64,000 bases of DNA from a virus. This document shows positions 63,953 through 64,000 of this stretch, piece by piece (the first letter of the stretch is position 1; every line of letters starts with the position of its first letter). The DNA lies in the IMG/VR virus record IMGVR_UViG_3300036985_002638, positions 1 to 64,000 of that record, one strand, 5' to 3'. Below the pieces are notes generated by a model, which saw only the letters and a program-made list of their open reading frames with translations, searched no databases and was not told where the DNA came from. The position numbers and the translations under genes were made by a program.

Positions 63953-64000
63953 ATATGATTCATAATCTATTTCCAAATGAGGTGTATTTAGAACCTAACG

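Noticed and set aside
1-64000. Stop-codon reassignment as in some crAss-like phages
   Set aside because: Long genes are intact in the standard code, TAG and TGA end genes at sensible boundaries, and no suppressor tRNA was found.

Overview
A 64-kb, AT-rich segment of a tailed-phage genome that most resembles Bacteroidota podoviruses related to the crAss-like group, using the standard genetic code. Positions 1-34.6 kb (+) hold virion genes: head/ring proteins, a fibre cluster, a lysis cassette, tail tubular and muzzle proteins, three large ejected cargo proteins and Cys-rich hub-like proteins. Positions 34.7-50.3 kb (-) hold replication and recombination genes: GroES, MazG-like, RusA-like, SSB-like, DnaB, an SF2 helicase with a LAGLIDADG intein, tRNA-Gln and an aberrant tRNA. 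Positions 50.6-64 kb hold Rep-like/wHTH genes, many small early-type ORFs and a repeat-rich non-coding strand-switch region. The most striking element is a three-cassette integron-like array at 43.55-44.98 kb. It has an attI-like site and three attC-like hairpins, each cassette has self-complementary ends, the ORFs run antisense to the canonical cassette direction, and a 93-aa non-integrase ORF sits where intI would be. Four dispersed motif families were also read from the sequence: an ECF-type promoter (14 copies), a 16-bp palindrome (13 copies), GGAnnTATAAT (10 copies) and a strongly over-represented (TC)GGCGGA. All product calls come from motif recognition by eye; no database searches were run.
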